Below are positions 35,461-45,139 of a stretch of 64,000 nucleotides of DNA, piece after piece (position 1 is the first letter of the stretch; every line of letters begins with the position of its first letter). Below the pieces are notes generated by a model. It had not been told where the DNA came from and ran no database searches. It saw only the letters and a program-made list of their open reading frames with translations. Position numbers and translations under genes: made by a program. The stretch comes from a virus (taxonomy: Duplodnaviria; Caudoviricetes): the IMG/VR virus record IMGVR_UViG_3300002220_003351, positions 8,923 through 72,922 of that record. The stretch is one strand, 5' to 3'.

Positions 35461-35934
35461 GTGGAAGTTATCAACCGGAAGCAGAAACTGCATGACCTTG
35501 GGGAGCAGGTGGAGATCGGGAAGCAGATGATGGGGAAGGGCGGGTATGTTGCCGGGAAGGCCCTCAAGGAGATCAAGGAGGGAGGGTTCTGGGTGGAAGA
35601 GGCGAAATCATTTGAGGAATATGTCGAAATGGCCCACGGGATCAAAAAGTCCTGGGCCTATGGATTGATCGGGATCGTGGATAAGTTTTCCACCCAACTG
35701 GAAACCAAGCCCCCAGCCGACGCGAGCCGTCTTGTCAAACTCCTTCCCTATACCTCTCAGGACAACGCGGAAGAGCTATATGGGATGGCCCTCACCACGC
35801 CAGCTCAGGCCTTTGAGAACAACCTCAGGAATCTTCGTGGCAAAGTGGCCCCTGACCAGTGTACCGGGCATGCGTGGGAGCCCTGGAGGAAGTGTTCCAT
35901 CTGCGGGAAGATGACTCCCGGCGAGGCAAACTAA
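35461..35934 (+). CDS. Hypothetical DNA-binding-like protein
   Basis: GGAGGTGA RBS with GTG start; GKALKEIK...SFEEYV...KSWAY. Confidence 0.7.
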   Translation: MEVINRKQKLHDLGEQVEIGKQMMGKGGYVAGKALKEIKEGGFWVEEAKSFEEYVEMAHGIKKSWAYGLIGIVDKFSTQLETKPPADASRLVKLLPYTSQDNAEELYGMALTTPAQAFENNLRNLRGKVAPDQCTGHAWEPWRKCSICGKMTPGEAN

Positions 35935-35991
35935 TGGCCCAAATCTGACTCGTTGATGGTAACGCCCACCTATTGAGAGGTTAATAAAAAA

Positions 35992-36462
35992 ATGCGTGAA
36001 AAGTCCAGAAATTCCGTGATTTTAGCGGTTCCGAAGCCAAAAAAGACCCCGAAGCCCCCCAAAAAGCGCCCCAAAAAGCCCACCCTGGGACAGCTTAAGA
36101 GGACCCTTGACCGCCTCGCCAGGGAGATCGTCCGGGCCAGGGATAAAATGGCCTGCCGGATCTGCGGCGGGACCGATCACCTATCGGCTCACCACTATTT
36201 CACCCGGAGGTCTCACGCAGCCGTCCGATGGGACACTGACAACATGTTATTGATTTGCTCCCCCTGCCACTTTCGGATTCATAACCGGGGGGATGAAGAG
36301 GTTGTCCGGGACGCTTTACTCCGGACGATCGGCCCGGAGCGGTTCGAGGCCATGAAGGCCAGGGCCTGGGACAGGCTCGACATCCGGGTCCCTGTCCTCA
36401 ACGGGTTAATAGAGGGCCTGGAAGGCCAAAAAAAAGGGGAGCCGAAGCTCCCCGATTCTTAG
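35992..36462 (+). CDS. NinG/Rap-like HNH recombination endonuclease
   Basis: LDRLAREIVRARD...CRICG...AHHYFTRRSHAAVRWDTDN...CSPCH. Confidence 0.8.
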   Translation: MREKSRNSVILAVPKPKKTPKPPKKRPKKPTLGQLKRTLDRLAREIVRARDKMACRICGGTDHLSAHHYFTRRSHAAVRWDTDNMLLICSPCHFRIHNRGDEEVVRDALLRTIGPERFEAMKARAWDRLDIRVPVLNGLIEGLEGQKKGEPKLPDS

Positions 36463-36692
36463 CGCACCCCCCTCTCCTTCCGAAGCCGCTTGCGCTCCGC
36501 AGCCTCAGCGTCAGCGTTCCACTTGGCCACCTGGACGAACACCCGCCCAATGGGGGCCGAGTACCACTTGCGCCTCCCCTCTTCCCGGAAGGCGATTACA
36601 TCCCCCGGGATGAGGGCCACCACCACCCTGCGCCGGATCGCAGGCACCTTTTCGATGGATCTCCGGGTCACCTTCTTCAGTAGATTGGTCAC
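36459..36692 (-). CDS. Hypothetical basic protein
   Basis: 77 aa; GGAGGG RBS; convergent 4-bp overlap with the NinG-like gene. Confidence 0.6.
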   Translation of the reverse strand: MTNLLKKVTRRSIEKVPAIRRRVVVALIPGDVIAFREEGRRKWYSAPIGRVFVQVAKWNADAEAAERKRLRKERGVR

Positions 36693-36850
36693 GATCCCCT
36701 CCTATTGAGTCGCTAATAGATAGGCAAGAGCCCCCACTGCCGCCAGCCACCCCGCCAGGTTCACCGCCTGGAGGATCTTAAGCCGGGTCCGGGCCTTGAC
36801 GAACAGCTTATACTCCACCCCTCCGGGCCAGTCCTCTCGTTCAATCATGG

Positions 36851-37327
36851 TCAGCCCCCTTTCATGATCTCAGCCGCCCCGTCAAGGCGCCTTGCCTTTT
36901 CGTCTTCCGACAAGGAGTCGAAATCGTCCGGGAAAGAGAGCCCCGGGACGGTTCCGAGCATCCGCTTTTTCCACTTGTTCTTCTCTTCCGGGGTCTCGCA
37001 GAGGACCTCCCCCACCTTCATGAAGGCGAGGACCGGGGCAAAGGTCCGTTCCGCCTCCGCCCGCACATAGGCCTCTTCGCAGAGGTCACCCTGCCGCTCG
37101 ATCTCCGCCGCCTGGTACATTGCCGCGATTCCTTCGGGCTCCATCATCTGTTCGCAGATCGCAAGCTCCACACGGAGAGAGCAGGCCCGAAGGCCCTTTT
37201 TCTCCGTGGAAACGAGGACTTGATCGAACACGCAGTCTTCGATGATCCGGTCTTCCCAGGCCGGGAACACCTCACACTCCACCCTCAGGGGGATTCCTTT
37301 GAGGGTCACTGTCGCCTTTGTCTTCAT
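36851..37327 (-). CDS. Hypothetical protein
   Basis: GGAGGTGA RBS; ATG 37327. Confidence 0.65.
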   Translation of the reverse strand: MKTKATVTLKGIPLRVECEVFPAWEDRIIEDCVFDQVLVSTEKKGLRACSLRVELAICEQMMEPEGIAAMYQAAEIERQGDLCEEAYVRAEAERTFAPVLAFMKVGEVLCETPEEKNKWKKRMLGTVPGLSFPDDFDSLSEDEKARRLDGAAEIMKGG

Positions 37328-37571
37328 CTTGTTCACCTCCATCGTCTGCTGTGTCCTTCGGGAGGCTTTTCGCCAGGTCTCCGAAGGCCTCAATAAAAGT
37401 CTTCCCGTTCCCAATAAAGCACCCGCCCCCCTGGACGCAGATCTGAGCCACCGTGACATCCTCTTCAGACCCGTCGAAGCTGCGGTGATAACGGGTTAAT
37501 GAGAGGCTCACGGAGACGTAGCGCTCCGGAAACATCTGCTTCGCTAAGTTGAATACCTCTTTTATATCCAT
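37272..37571 (-). CDS. Hypothetical protein
   Basis: GGAGAAAGGA RBS; ATG 37571. Confidence 0.5.
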   Translation of the reverse strand: MDIKEVFNLAKQMFPERYVSVSLSLTRYHRSFDGSEEDVTVAQICVQGGGCFIGNGKTFIEAFGDLAKSLPKDTADDGGEQDEDKGDSDPQRNPPEGGV

Positions 37572-37614
37572 GATATGTCCTTTCTCCCCGTCCCGCCGAT
37601 AGGTCAGCGCCCTG

Positions 37615-38208
37615 CTATTTCCGGAGGTTCCGTTCGATCGCCGCAAAGGCCAGGAATTTCTCCGGGTCTTCACGTGGGAGGTCTTTCCCGCTCCGGATCA
37701 CCTTGTCTTTGAAGAGAAACGTGATTCCCTGGGGGTCGATCCTGGCCGCGAGGCAGCGCCCGTAGTAGGTCCCCCAATGGTTCCGGAGGGCGATGGTCCC
37801 GAGCCGCCTGCAGACAATGAGCCCCATAAGGTTCGAGTAAAACGAGGATTCCAATGGGGTCAGCCGCTCCGGGTTGGCGCAGTTGATCTCCTGGTCGGTC
37901 TTTCCAGTGACCCGCTTGGATCTCCGGAGGTACCTTCTCCGGGCCTCCTCAGCCTCTCTCCCGGCCTTCTCAGGGGCCGATTGGGTCTTGACGATCGCCT
38001 TCCGGGTCTCCATTAGTAGCTTGCCGCAGGAGTCGGCGGTCACCCCGTCAAAGTGCGCCTTGAGGTAAACGGACATCTTCGAGAACAGCGCCAGGGAGAG
38101 GTTCCAGTTGACCGTCAGGTCTGTCCGGTAGTAGCTCCGTCTGGAGTTGGTCAGGTCTGCAATCATGAGCTTGTAGATCCGCTCCACCTCATTCTGTTTC
38201 CCGGCCAT
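37615..38208 (-). CDS. Hypothetical protein
   Basis: GGAGG upstream; about 197 aa. Confidence 0.65.
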   Translation of the reverse strand: MAGKQNEVERIYKLMIADLTNSRRSYYRTDLTVNWNLSLALFSKMSVYLKAHFDGVTADSCGKLLMETRKAIVKTQSAPEKAGREAEEARRRYLRRSKRVTGKTDQEINCANPERLTPLESSFYSNLMGLIVCRRLGTIALRNHWGTYYGRCLAARIDPQGITFLFKDKVIRSGKDLPREDPEKFLAFAAIERNLRK

Positions 38209-38395
38209 GGTGGCCACCAACAGGACCTCCTTGCGCTTGCTTAATATGTCCCTGATTCCGATGGGTTTTCAACCCTTCGTGATTGGTGTTATATGGTTGT
38301 ACTTTGCCGGGATTTGTGTCCGGTCTCCGTAGTGTCCGTAGTGTCTCATGGCTTCCTCCTAATCTGTTAGGGGAGGGTTGCCCCTCCCCGTTGGT

Positions 38396-39679
38396 TTATT
38401 GCGGGTCGATATTGACCACCTCCCCGAACGGGACCGTTCGTTCTTGCCCGTACAGCGCCCAAAGCACCGGAAAGCCTGGATCTTCCGGGAATGAATCGCA
38501 GTAGCCGTCCGTGTAGTAGATGAGGCAAGTGGGCTCTTCGCCGTTCTTCTCCAACCACTTGAACGCAGGCTGAAAATCCGTTCCCCCGCCCCCTTTGGGC
38601 TTCAATTTGATGGGGAGGTCCGAAGAGTCAAATTCGCCCCCGTCATGGCAGCGTGTATCCACGTACAACACCCTGATCTGAGTCTCGAATTCACTCAGGA
38701 CCGAGTTGATCTTAGCTTGGAAATACGCCACCTGTTCGTCACCGATTGATCCGGAGGTGTCCATCACCATACAGATGGACGGGATAGCATCCCCCTGAAC
38801 CGAGGGCATGTAAATGTCGTGAATTAAATGCTTTTTTGAGGGTCTGTTCCAGGTGTAATCCCCGCACCGGGTTTTCTGGACGAAATCCCGGAGAACGTCC
38901 TCCAGGTCCCTTTTCTTGATCTGCATGTCCTGGACGAGGCGCTCCATTCCATCCGGGACCTTGCCGCAGGCCTGGGCCGCCTGGAGCGCCCGGGCCGCCG
39001 TGATCTTCCACTCCCCTTCCAGTTGGCAGCGTTCCGATTCGGACGGGGTTCCGCCGTCCTCCCCGGTTGCAGGCTCGACCTCTCCGGGTCCGGGTTGGTA
39101 TTCTTCGCCCGGGTCCTCTTGTCCCTCTTCCGGGGTCCCGGAGCTCTGTCCCTCCTGGGGGTCCTCTTCGCCCTCCTGAGGGTCTCCCTGCCCCTGTTGG
39201 GGTTCTTCTTGCTCTTGGGGGGCTCCCTGGCCTCCCTGGCTCTTCTGTTGGGCCTTCTCCTGGGCCTTCGCCCGGAGGATGCTGTAAACCACCTCAAACG
39301 ATTTGTCCGGAGCGGAGAGATCCGGGGCGTGCAGCCACCCCTCCCTCAGGGTCAGACGGGCTCGTTTCATCTGTCCGTTAACAACGTAATCCATGGCCAT
39401 ATTGGAGAGCCTATGGTCCCGCTCCTGAATCCTGAGCGGGTGAAGCATAACGCAGTGCAGCACCTCATGGCAGATGAGGCTCTCGACGATCTCGATGGGG
39501 AGCGGGTCGGTATACCCAGGGTTGAACCTGAGCACCCGCCCGTCAGTGCAAGCGGTTGGAATCCTTGGGTCTTCGATGAATTTCAGGGCGATTGAAGCGC
39601 TCCCGAAGAACGGTTGGGAGATCATCAGCCGCGCCCTGGCTTGTTTCATTCGTTCCATTCCTTGCGTTCCGTTTTTCAT
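38396..39679 (-). CDS. vWA-domain protein with N-terminal HExxH metallopeptidase-like region (DUF2201-like)
   Basis: TACTDG; CHEVLH; acidic Q/E/G linker; DTSGS MIDAS; GGGTDF; YYTDG. Confidence 0.88.
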   Translation of the reverse strand: MKNGTQGMERMKQARARLMISQPFFGSASIALKFIEDPRIPTACTDGRVLRFNPGYTDPLPIEIVESLICHEVLHCVMLHPLRIQERDHRLSNMAMDYVVNGQMKRARLTLREGWLHAPDLSAPDKSFEVVYSILRAKAQEKAQQKSQGGQGAPQEQEEPQQGQGDPQEGEEDPQEGQSSGTPEEGQEDPGEEYQPGPGEVEPATGEDGGTPSESERCQLEGEWKITAARALQAAQACGKVPDGMERLVQDMQIKKRDLEDVLRDFVQKTRCGDYTWNRPSKKHLIHDIYMPSVQGDAIPSICMVMDTSGSIGDEQVAYFQAKINSVLSEFETQIRVLYVDTRCHDGGEFDSSDLPIKLKPKGGGGTDFQPAFKWLEKNGEEPTCLIYYTDGYCDSFPEDPGFPVLWALYGQERTVPFGEVVNIDPQ

Positions 39680-39694
39680 TGTGATTCCCTCCTG

Positions 39695-40681
39695 TTAGAT
39701 GATCCCCAGGGCCGCCAGTCGGGCCTCCATGTCCGGGGTCTCGTTTTTCGGTTCCACTTTGGTCTCTGCCGTGTTAACAGGTTTAGGCATGGCAGGAGCC
39801 GGGGACGGAGCCGATCGTTCAGCCTGGGGCAACGTGGCGCGATTTTTCGCCTGTTTCAGGACCTCAGCCGCCGCCTCCCGGGCCTCCTTCCGCAGTTCTT
39901 TTGATTGCCTCAATTCCTTTGGGTCATAATCCAGTCGACTGGAAAGCTCCTGGGCCATCCTGTCAAGGTCCGGGTCTTCGGTTATGTTCATTTTCGGCAA
40001 TAACTCCGCAAGTTCCTTGACGTTTCCGACGATTGAATCCCGGAAGGTCTTGGCATCCTCCCCGTCGTCCGTCATTCGCTCCTGGAGCGCCGAAACCGTT
40101 TCAAATACGCGATTCCATAACTCTTTTTGTGCCTCCGTTGCAGCGTCCCGCACCTTTGCTTCGATGTCCTTCTGCATTTCCTTCAACTCTTCGTTCCCAA
40201 TGGGGATTTTCAAATGGCTTCCCTCAGGGATGGGGGCGAAGTCCACGCCCATCTGGAATTTCCTCCGGAGTTGGCGCTCCGAAGGGTAATCTGCCGGATT
40301 GTACAGACCATTCAGTGCGATCCGGGCCTCTTCCTGGAGCTCAGGATATGAGGCGCAGAATTTTTCCACCGCCTCATCCCAAACCGCCTTGAATTCGTTG
40401 TACTTTCCCATGTATTCCGTGATGAGCTCCGAGGGGAGGATCGCTTGCCCCTTGACGCAATAGGGGAGGGTCCTCTCATAGTGATACGTTCGCATCTTGC
40501 CGGAAATCTTGACGATCTCGTCCAGGTGTTCCCTGGCAATCACCGCCTTGTTATACCGTCCCGCCTCAGGTTTACACTTGTAATGATCCGCCACCGAATC
40601 CGTGGCCTTTTTGTCAAATTTCCTTGCCGTCCACTGGCTGATATTGAGGCTTACCAGGCACGCCTTGTCTTGAATCTTCAT
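39695..40681 (-). CDS. DUF3150-like helical protein
   Basis: LVSLNISQWTARKFD...TLPY...LNGLYNPADYPS; usual partner of AAA/vWA pairs. Confidence 0.7.
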   Translation of the reverse strand: MKIQDKACLVSLNISQWTARKFDKKATDSVADHYKCKPEAGRYNKAVIAREHLDEIVKISGKMRTYHYERTLPYCVKGQAILPSELITEYMGKYNEFKAVWDEAVEKFCASYPELQEEARIALNGLYNPADYPSERQLRRKFQMGVDFAPIPEGSHLKIPIGNEELKEMQKDIEAKVRDAATEAQKELWNRVFETVSALQERMTDDGEDAKTFRDSIVGNVKELAELLPKMNITEDPDLDRMAQELSSRLDYDPKELRQSKELRKEAREAAAEVLKQAKNRATLPQAERSAPSPAPAMPKPVNTAETKVEPKNETPDMEARLAALGII

Positions 40682-40704
40682 AGCTTTTCCCTCCCTTTAA
40701 TGTG

Positions 40705-41718
40705 TTACGGGTTCAACAAATAAGGGGCGTACTTCTTCGCCCACCTGGCCATCCCTGCGTTGCTACTGAGCTTTTTGTCCCTCTGAATCATGCTGAACAC
40801 CATAAAGGTTGAATACTCCGCTTCGAGCCTCATGGCCAGGTCGTAAACCTGCGAGACGTTTTTAGAATTCGCCTTGTAGGCAATGGCAGAGGCCAGGGCG
40901 TAGAGGGTCGACTCGTTCGCCGGGAGCTCTTTCTTGGGGTCTTTCAGGTACTCATCAGGGTCCGGCATTTCCCGGAAAGTACGCAGGAACGCGACGTATT
41001 CCGTGGCGAATTGCTCACCACAGCATCCGGTGTAGAGGTCGAATTCCAGACCCTTGGGGCATCCTGCGAGTTGGAGCCTGCCAACCTCACCCCATCCCCT
41101 GGGGTTGGCACTGTTGACGATATCACTGGAGGGCTTGAAGTCATGGAGCAAGTTGGGCCTGAGCTTACTGAACGCGACGAGCTCCGGGGGCATCCCGTAG
41201 GCGTTCGCCCATTGCCGCCAATCATCGTCGTCGACCTCTAAGTGTACGATTATGCACCGACTTTTCAGGGGCTCGATGATCCCCTGGACCGCTGCCTTGT
41301 CACCTTTGCGGTTGGTGCAAAGGACAAACCTCACGAAATCGCTGATCTTCTTTCCGTTGACGGTACGTTCCCGAACCGCCTGCATGATCGCCGCCTGCAC
41401 CGAATAAGGTGCCTGCCCCACATCGTCAATGATCACTACCAGGAGCGCTTGCGCTTCGAGCATGGTCTTCAAATTGCCGTAGGGCAAAAAGTTCGCCGTC
41501 TCCCGGTCCAGGGACGGGAAACCCAAACCCTTCCAATCGGAAGGATCGTCGCAGACCGGATGGAGGACCATCCAGTTTCCGCCCTGCTCCCTGGCCACCT
41601 CTGCCGCGACCTGCTCACTGATCTCTGTCTTCCCGGTCCCTGGAGCGCCCACGATCAAAAGGTTCTGCCGGGTCTGAATCGTCAATCTTAACGCCGCCTT
41701 CAAGTCTTTCGGTCTCAT
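40705..41718 (-). CDS. MoxR-like AAA+ ATPase
   Basis: GAPGTGKT; DDVGQA; TNRKGD; PLKSR; NPRGW. Confidence 0.88.
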   Translation of the reverse strand: MRPKDLKAALRLTIQTRQNLLIVGAPGTGKTEISEQVAAEVAREQGGNWMVLHPVCDDPSDWKGLGFPSLDRETANFLPYGNLKTMLEAQALLVVIIDDVGQAPYSVQAAIMQAVRERTVNGKKISDFVRFVLCTNRKGDKAAVQGIIEPLKSRCIIVHLEVDDDDWRQWANAYGMPPELVAFSKLRPNLLHDFKPSSDIVNSANPRGWGEVGRLQLAGCPKGLEFDLYTGCCGEQFATEYVAFLRTFREMPDPDEYLKDPKKELPANESTLYALASAIAYKANSKNVSQVYDLAMRLEAEYSTFMVFSMIQRDKKLSSNAGMARWAKKYAPYLLNP

Positions 41719-41731
41719 CTCAATTTCCTCC

Positions 41732-41839
41732 TTATCCGTGATAAAGTGCTAACATCATTATGAAACCCATGAACGCCATCCATGCAATCGCGAAGACGGC
41801 AACCACCCGCTCATCCTTATCCATTTTTCTGTATTTCAT
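41732..41839 (-). CDS. 35-aa membrane peptide
   Basis: GAGGGG RBS; VVAVFAIAWMAFMGFIMMLAL helix; below the ORF-track cutoff. Confidence 0.5.
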   Translation of the reverse strand: MKYRKMDKDERVVAVFAIAWMAFMGFIMMLALYHG

Positions 41840-41849
41840 CGCATCCCCC

Positions 41850-41927
41850 TCAAAAGATTAGTGTTCCGATCCAATAACCTATTGCCACAACCGCCGCCTG
41901 AATAATCCAACCGATTGCCTTTTCCAT
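41850..41927 (-). CDS. 25-aa membrane peptide
   Basis: GGAGGAGG RBS; MEKAIGWIIQAAVVAIGYWIGTLIF. Confidence 0.5.
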   Translation of the reverse strand: MEKAIGWIIQAAVVAIGYWIGTLIF

Positions 41928-42449
41928 GATATCCTCCTCCTGTTGACTGACTAATAGCTGTTCACACTGTTGCCCGATCATTCCAGGCCACTGGAAAACC
42001 AATTCCAATGACCTGAATCATCTTGCAACTTGTGGCAGGCCGCTGAAGACCATTCAGGGTTCTGGCGTTCACCGTCCTGGTACTCTAACATTACCCTCCC
42101 AGGCTATCAGTGCGTCCATCCTGCCTATGTTATCGGAATCCCTCCAGATCCGATTGTCACCCCCTCATGTTCCCGATCCCCCTTCCGCCTCCGTTTTCCC
42201 TGAGTATATGTGCAAGGCCTGTACCAGGGAGCGGGTCTAATGAATTCAGGCACTTACACCATTCCAGTCGACTGGAGATCTGGGAATCTCACGGATCGAA
42301 ACCCGTATTTCCGGGCCTTTTCGGCCTTTTCCTTTGCGATCTCGCCCCCTTGCCTACCAGTGAAGATCCCCTGTGAATCTCCCTGATCCCCCCTCAATTC
42401 GGGCCTCATGCAATAACAACCTAATCCGCCCCGAAAGATTTATTTTCGC

Positions 42450-42833
42450 CCCCTGTTTCCTATCCATTCCGCCCCTGTTTCATACCCTATGTATCCACCT
42501 ACTTACGCGCCCCCTGTTGTATACCTTACCCTATTCTCATCCCTGTATCTGCTGCCCCTGTACCTATAGAGCGCTGCTTCAAGACCCGGGCTCCCTGTAT
42601 CCAGGCCTCCGGGACCTAAGGCCAGGAGCTCTATGTACCTGGGAACACTGGGCTTCTCCCTCTGGCCCTGGGGTAAAGCATGCTTCCCCTGAGCCCCCGG
42701 GGGAGACCCGATCGGACGCATGGCGGGGGGGTGGGTTACTGATACCTCCTCCACACGTATATTAGGGACCCCGTGGGTGAAAGGGGACCCTGGGGTGACG
42801 GGGTGGGGGTCTTATGAGCGTGTTAATACAGGG
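42450..42833. repeat. CCCTGT repeat array and G-run tract in the large non-coding region before the late operon
   Basis: CCCTGT at about 42451, 42473, 42512, 42541, 42556, 42593; inverted ACAGGG at 42828; G-runs at 42775-42809. Confidence 0.65.
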
Positions 42834-42879
42834 ATAAAGGGGGGTAAGGGCCATAAAATTAAGGGGTTGTAAAAAGGGC

Positions 42880-42908
42880 TTGACAGTTACATTAAGTGGG
42901 TGTATCTC
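42880..42908 (+). promoter_or_regulatory. Putative promoter at the head of the late operon
   Basis: TTGACA at 42880, 17-bp spacer, TATCTC; AGGAGG RBS follows. Confidence 0.45.
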
Positions 42909-42926
42909 CCACACCAAGGAGGGGGT

Positions 42927-43217
42927 ATGGACAAGAGGGAGGTTCAGAGGTTCAAGAAGTGGTACATGAGGGCCTACAGAGCCAAAAAGAAGAGGGAGAA
43001 GCTGGCCGAGGTCTTTGGTGCCGGGAGCGTTGAGCCGCTATCGTCCAAGGGGGTCACCAAGGACGAGATGTATACGATGATAGTCCTCTTGAATCGGAGG
43101 GTTAGGGAGATTGAGGGGAGGCAGCCGGTGATCGTTTCCACCATGGACAAGGACGAGGAGGCCCGTCTCCTGGAGCAGATCGAGGAGGAAAGGAAGGCCC
43201 TCTGTGGCGGACGGTAA
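42927..43217 (+). CDS. Hypothetical basic protein
   Basis: AGGAGG RBS; ATG 42927. Confidence 0.65.
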   Translation: MDKREVQRFKKWYMRAYRAKKKREKLAEVFGAGSVEPLSSKGVTKDEMYTMIVLLNRRVREIEGRQPVIVSTMDKDEEARLLEQIEEERKALCGGR

Positions 43218-43274
43218 ACGACAGGGGCTCCGGCTATGTGGTGGGGCACTAAGTAAGTGGAATTGCTTTGGTTG

Positions 43275-43760
43275 TCAAAAACGGGTGAACGTCGGAATGA
43301 GTGTATTTTCCACCTGAACTATTTGAACTGTCTTTTCCACCGGAGCTTCTGTAGGCGATGGTTCTATTGGTGGTGATATCGGCTGGAGGATTAAATTGAT
43401 TTGTTTGCGTATTTCAACAAGGAGGCCCCTGTCAAGTTGGCCCAATGAAGCTCGAAGGTTTTTCCCTCGGGCGATATTTGCACCAAGAAGGGACAGTTCT
43501 TTGCTTTTAGTTAATGGCTTTTTTGTTCCTTTCACCGGATATTTTCTATGGTGTGCGATATGGCAGTTAAAGCAGAGAATCTCGCACTTTCCGGCTTCTT
43601 TTAGTATTCTGTCGGCAGTCAGATGCGGGCCGATGTTAGCCTCTTTTAGAGAGGGGTTTATATGATGGAAGAGCAAAATACCCTTGTCCGTTACCCCACA
43701 TCGGTTACAGGCCGTCTTCAGTTCGTTAATAAGTGCCATGTTGGTTTCTTTGTCTCTCAT
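43275..43760 (-). CDS. HNH endonuclease, antisense to the late operon
   Basis: CNRCG...FHHINP...KCEILCFNCHIAHH; GGAGG RBS. Confidence 0.85.
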   Translation of the reverse strand: MRDKETNMALINELKTACNRCGVTDKGILLFHHINPSLKEANIGPHLTADRILKEAGKCEILCFNCHIAHHRKYPVKGTKKPLTKSKELSLLGANIARGKNLRASLGQLDRGLLVEIRKQINLILQPISPPIEPSPTEAPVEKTVQIVQVENTLIPTFTRF

Positions 43761-43797
43761 GGTTCCTCCAAAGTGGGGTTTTTGAATCTATGTAGAG

Positions 43798-43825
43798 ATT
43801 ATAACCGCACGGGATGTTTTGTCAA
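43798..43825 (-). promoter_or_regulatory. Consensus sigma70 promoter for the antisense HNH
   Basis: TTGACA (43825-43820), 16 bp, TATAAT (43803-43798). Confidence 0.75.
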
Positions 43826-43881
43826 GGACCAATCAGCCTCTGTACGGCAAACGAAGGCCATTTATGGGAGAATAGTTGCCG

Positions 43882-44319
43882 ATGAAGCCAGGACAGAAGA
43901 GTAAAAGCGCCGTCCTTGAGGACGGATTCAACCGCCAGAAGAAGATCACCCCCACCAAAAAAGACATCACCGCCGGGAAGAAGCTCGTCAACGACCTCGA
44001 CAAGGACACCGGAGAGAGCGCCTACGAGATGCTTGAGACGATGAGGTGGATCTTCAAGAAGGTCAAGGGCCGAAAGAAGCTCCTGGAGTTGGTCAAGAAG
44101 GACAACAAGCAGTTCGTGGCCATGATCCGGGAGTTAATGAAGATCGAGACCTCACTCCTGTCGGCCAAGATCCGTGCGGAAGGAGGGGAGGCGGGACCGA
44201 ACAACAACTTCTTCGTCGTCCTCAAGGGTCTCGAAGACGAGATCAAGACCGAAGACAGCGCCCTCGATATGAAGCAGATAGGGAGAGTTATGAACCCCGA
44301 CGGGACGGAGGCCGAATGA
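43882..44319 (+). CDS. terS: Putative terminase small subunit
   Basis: Helical 145-aa protein upstream of terL; assignment mainly by position. Confidence 0.55.
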   Translation: MKPGQKSKSAVLEDGFNRQKKITPTKKDITAGKKLVNDLDKDTGESAYEMLETMRWIFKKVKGRKKLLELVKKDNKQFVAMIRELMKIETSLLSAKIRAEGGEAGPNNNFFVVLKGLEDEIKTEDSALDMKQIGRVMNPDGTEAE

Positions 44320-44981
44320 TCACCCACGAGTTCAGAGGCATCAAGTTTCACTTCAACGAATCCCCCCAGATCCAGGAACTGGTCAACGAAATCTTCTCCG
44401 ACAACTACAAAGTCTTTTACAGGAACCTCTCCATAAGGCCCGGGGACGTCATTCTGGACATCGGGGCCTGCGAGGGGGTCTTTTCGATCATGATGGGGAA
44501 GGTGTTCCCGGACTCAAGGGTTATTTCCTTCGAGCCCGTGAGGAGGACCTTCTTCCAGTTCATGAGGAACCTCGGCCTCAACGGGGCCAACAATGTCGAG
44601 GCGGTGAACATGGGGGTCGGGAAGGAGCCCGGCACCATCCCCATGGCCATCGGGCAGAGCAACTGGTCCGGAGGGTCCTCGGGGGTCATGACCTTCAACC
44701 CCGCCCTCCACGAGATGACCACGGTGGACGTGATCACCCTGGACGAAGTCTTTGAGAGGCACAAGATCGACCGGTGCCGACTCCTGAAGATGGACATCGA
44801 GGGGATGGAGTACGACGCCTTATACGGATCGAAGGTCCTCGACCGGGTGGACTACATGGTGGGGGAGTTCCACATCAACCAGAAACTACAGGAGCGGGGG
44901 AGGGACATCTCCGAGCTTGCGACATGGGTGGGGGAGAAGACGAACCTTATCTACTTTGAGAGATGCAGGATGGCGGAGTGA
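44316..44981 (+). CDS. FkbM-family methyltransferase
   Basis: ILDIGACEG; SFEP; LLKMDIEGMEY; ATG 44316 overlaps the terS stop. Confidence 0.9.
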   Translation: MITHEFRGIKFHFNESPQIQELVNEIFSDNYKVFYRNLSIRPGDVILDIGACEGVFSIMMGKVFPDSRVISFEPVRRTFFQFMRNLGLNGANNVEAVNMGVGKEPGTIPMAIGQSNWSGGSSGVMTFNPALHEMTTVDVITLDEVFERHKIDRCRLLKMDIEGMEYDALYGSKVLDRVDYMVGEFHINQKLQERGRDISELATWVGEKTNLIYFERCRMAE

Positions 44982-45139
44982 GAAAGCGATTCAAAAGGAA
45001 GCTGCGTAGCTGCCCCATGTGCAAGCCACACAAGACCAACGGGTCTGTGCGCTGGAAGCCAAAAGACCTGGAGGCTCTCAAGATAGCGGAGAAGGAAATC
45101 AGATGGGAGAAAGCTACCGGTAATGGACGAGCCCTTTAA
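44978..45139 (+). CDS. 53-aa basic peptide with CPMC
   Basis: GTGA overlap with the FkbM stop; MRKRFKRKLRSCPMCKPHK. Confidence 0.5.
   Translation: MRKRFKRKLRSCPMCKPHKTNGSVRWKPKDLEALKIAEKEIRWEKATGNGRAL

Noticed and set aside
39931-42274. Palindrome CCAGTCGACTGG at 39931 and about 42263 (partial copy near 24845)
   Set aside because: Few scattered copies, two inside coding sequence, no consistent position; plausible by chance
44046-44315. N-terminal extension of FkbM in the ORF track
   Set aside because: Overlaps terS out of frame; the real start is the coupled ATG at 44316
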